Positions 49,977-64,000 of a DNA stretch of 64,000 nt are shown one piece after another. The notes under the pieces are model-generated. The model was not told where the DNA came from and ran no database searches. It saw only the letters and a program-made list of their open reading frames with translations. The DNA is from Hormiphora californensis (Eukaryota; Animalia; Ctenophora): NCBI GenBank assembly GCA_020137815.1, contig CM035360.1, positions 3,038,001 to 3,102,000 on the forward strand. The letters are read 5' to 3'. The translations under genes were made by a program, and so were the position numbers. How positions within the stretch are numbered: position 1 is the stretch's first letter; every line of letters begins with the position of its first letter.

Positions 49977-50147
49977 CAGTCGGACCCCGACTTACCGGGA
50001 TGCTCGGGGGAAGGGTTTTGCCCGGTAAATCGGGGTGCCCGGTATATCGGGGTCAAATACCGTTAATTTCCTATTTCGGGGGAAGTTTATCCTCCCGGTA
50101 AATCGGGGTTCCGGTAAATCGGGGCCCGGTAAATCGGGGTCCGACTG
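49977..50147. mobile_element. MITE family C, full copy
   Basis: TA|CAGTCGGACCCCGA...TCGGGGTCCGACTG|TA. Confidence 0.9.
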
Positions 50148-50361
50148 TAGTAGCTTAATTAGTTGTCTGAGGAGTATATTGTGTTATTTACTTGTTGAAT
50201 TGTTTTAAATTTTGCCCAAAATGTTTGTTTTTCATTCTGATTTCCCCTCAATAAATCCACACTCTGCCACTGAGCATCCCTAATTCAATCCATCTTCCAT
50301 CCCCTCCAATAGCATGTAGACTACCAGGGACTATAATATACATCTGAGCTGTCCCAGAGAG

Positions 50362-63689
<13,328 letters not shown>

Positions 63690-63721
63690 GTAAATGTTGT
63701 TTTACAACTATTGCTGTGCTG

Positions 63722-64000
63722 TCCTTAGCAACTACCCCCACCCATAGCAACAACCCCCGCCCTTAGGAACCACTCCCACCCTTAGCAACCATGCTTTACA
63801 AGATTCTCTCTCCCCAGGTGGTTTGGTATACAACTCATCACCACGGGGCACCAACCCCACCATAGCAACCACTCCCGCCCTTAGCAACCACTCCCACCCT
63901 TAGAAACTACTTATACTCCTGCCCTTAGCAACCACTCCTGCCCTTAGCAACCACTCCTACCCATAGCAACCACTCACACCCTTAGCAACTACTTATACTC
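63722..64000. repeat. About 21-bp minisatellite CCTTAGCAACCACTCC..
   Basis: Multiple degenerate copies up to the window end. Confidence 0.85.

Overview
Eukaryotic, intron-rich, repeat-rich animal DNA. It is most likely a pleurobrachiid ctenophore (Pleurobrachia/Hormiphora-like); this is inferred from recalled repeat families and LDLa-GPCR architecture, not from a search. There are no prokaryotic features. Conserved genes reconstructed by hand from GT/GC-AG exons are TRAP1 (-, 8 exons, about 674 aa), ZRANB3 (-, SNF2 helicase plus HNH), TXNDC17 (+), ST7 (+) and an ASAP-type BAR-PH-ArfGAP-ankyrin gene (+, probably running off the end). There is also an intronless 7TM gene. Nested inside introns are a frameshifted LDLa-GPCR (in ZRANB3) and two tandem secreted AbfB/CBM42-like beta-trefoil genes (antisense in ASAP). 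Mobile DNA includes CR1/L2-group LINE fragments, an RNase H LINE, a Kolobok-like element, a foldback element and several MITE families. The most notable observations are: (1) two tandem minimal hammerhead ribozymes flanking a 745-nt ORF-bearing unit, sense within a TRAP1 intron, plus a third unrelated hammerhead; (2) two neighbouring TRAP1 introns about 90% identical end to end; (3) the nested AbfB-like gene pair; (4) a 109-bp CCAAT/E-box MITE that clusters at splice donors; (5) repeated duplication of splice junctions into introns. Single-base frameshifts in three conserved exons and a noisy segment near 53.2-54.2 kb suggest consensus errors. Most ORF-track entries (SLSL/RERE) are microsatellite artefacts.
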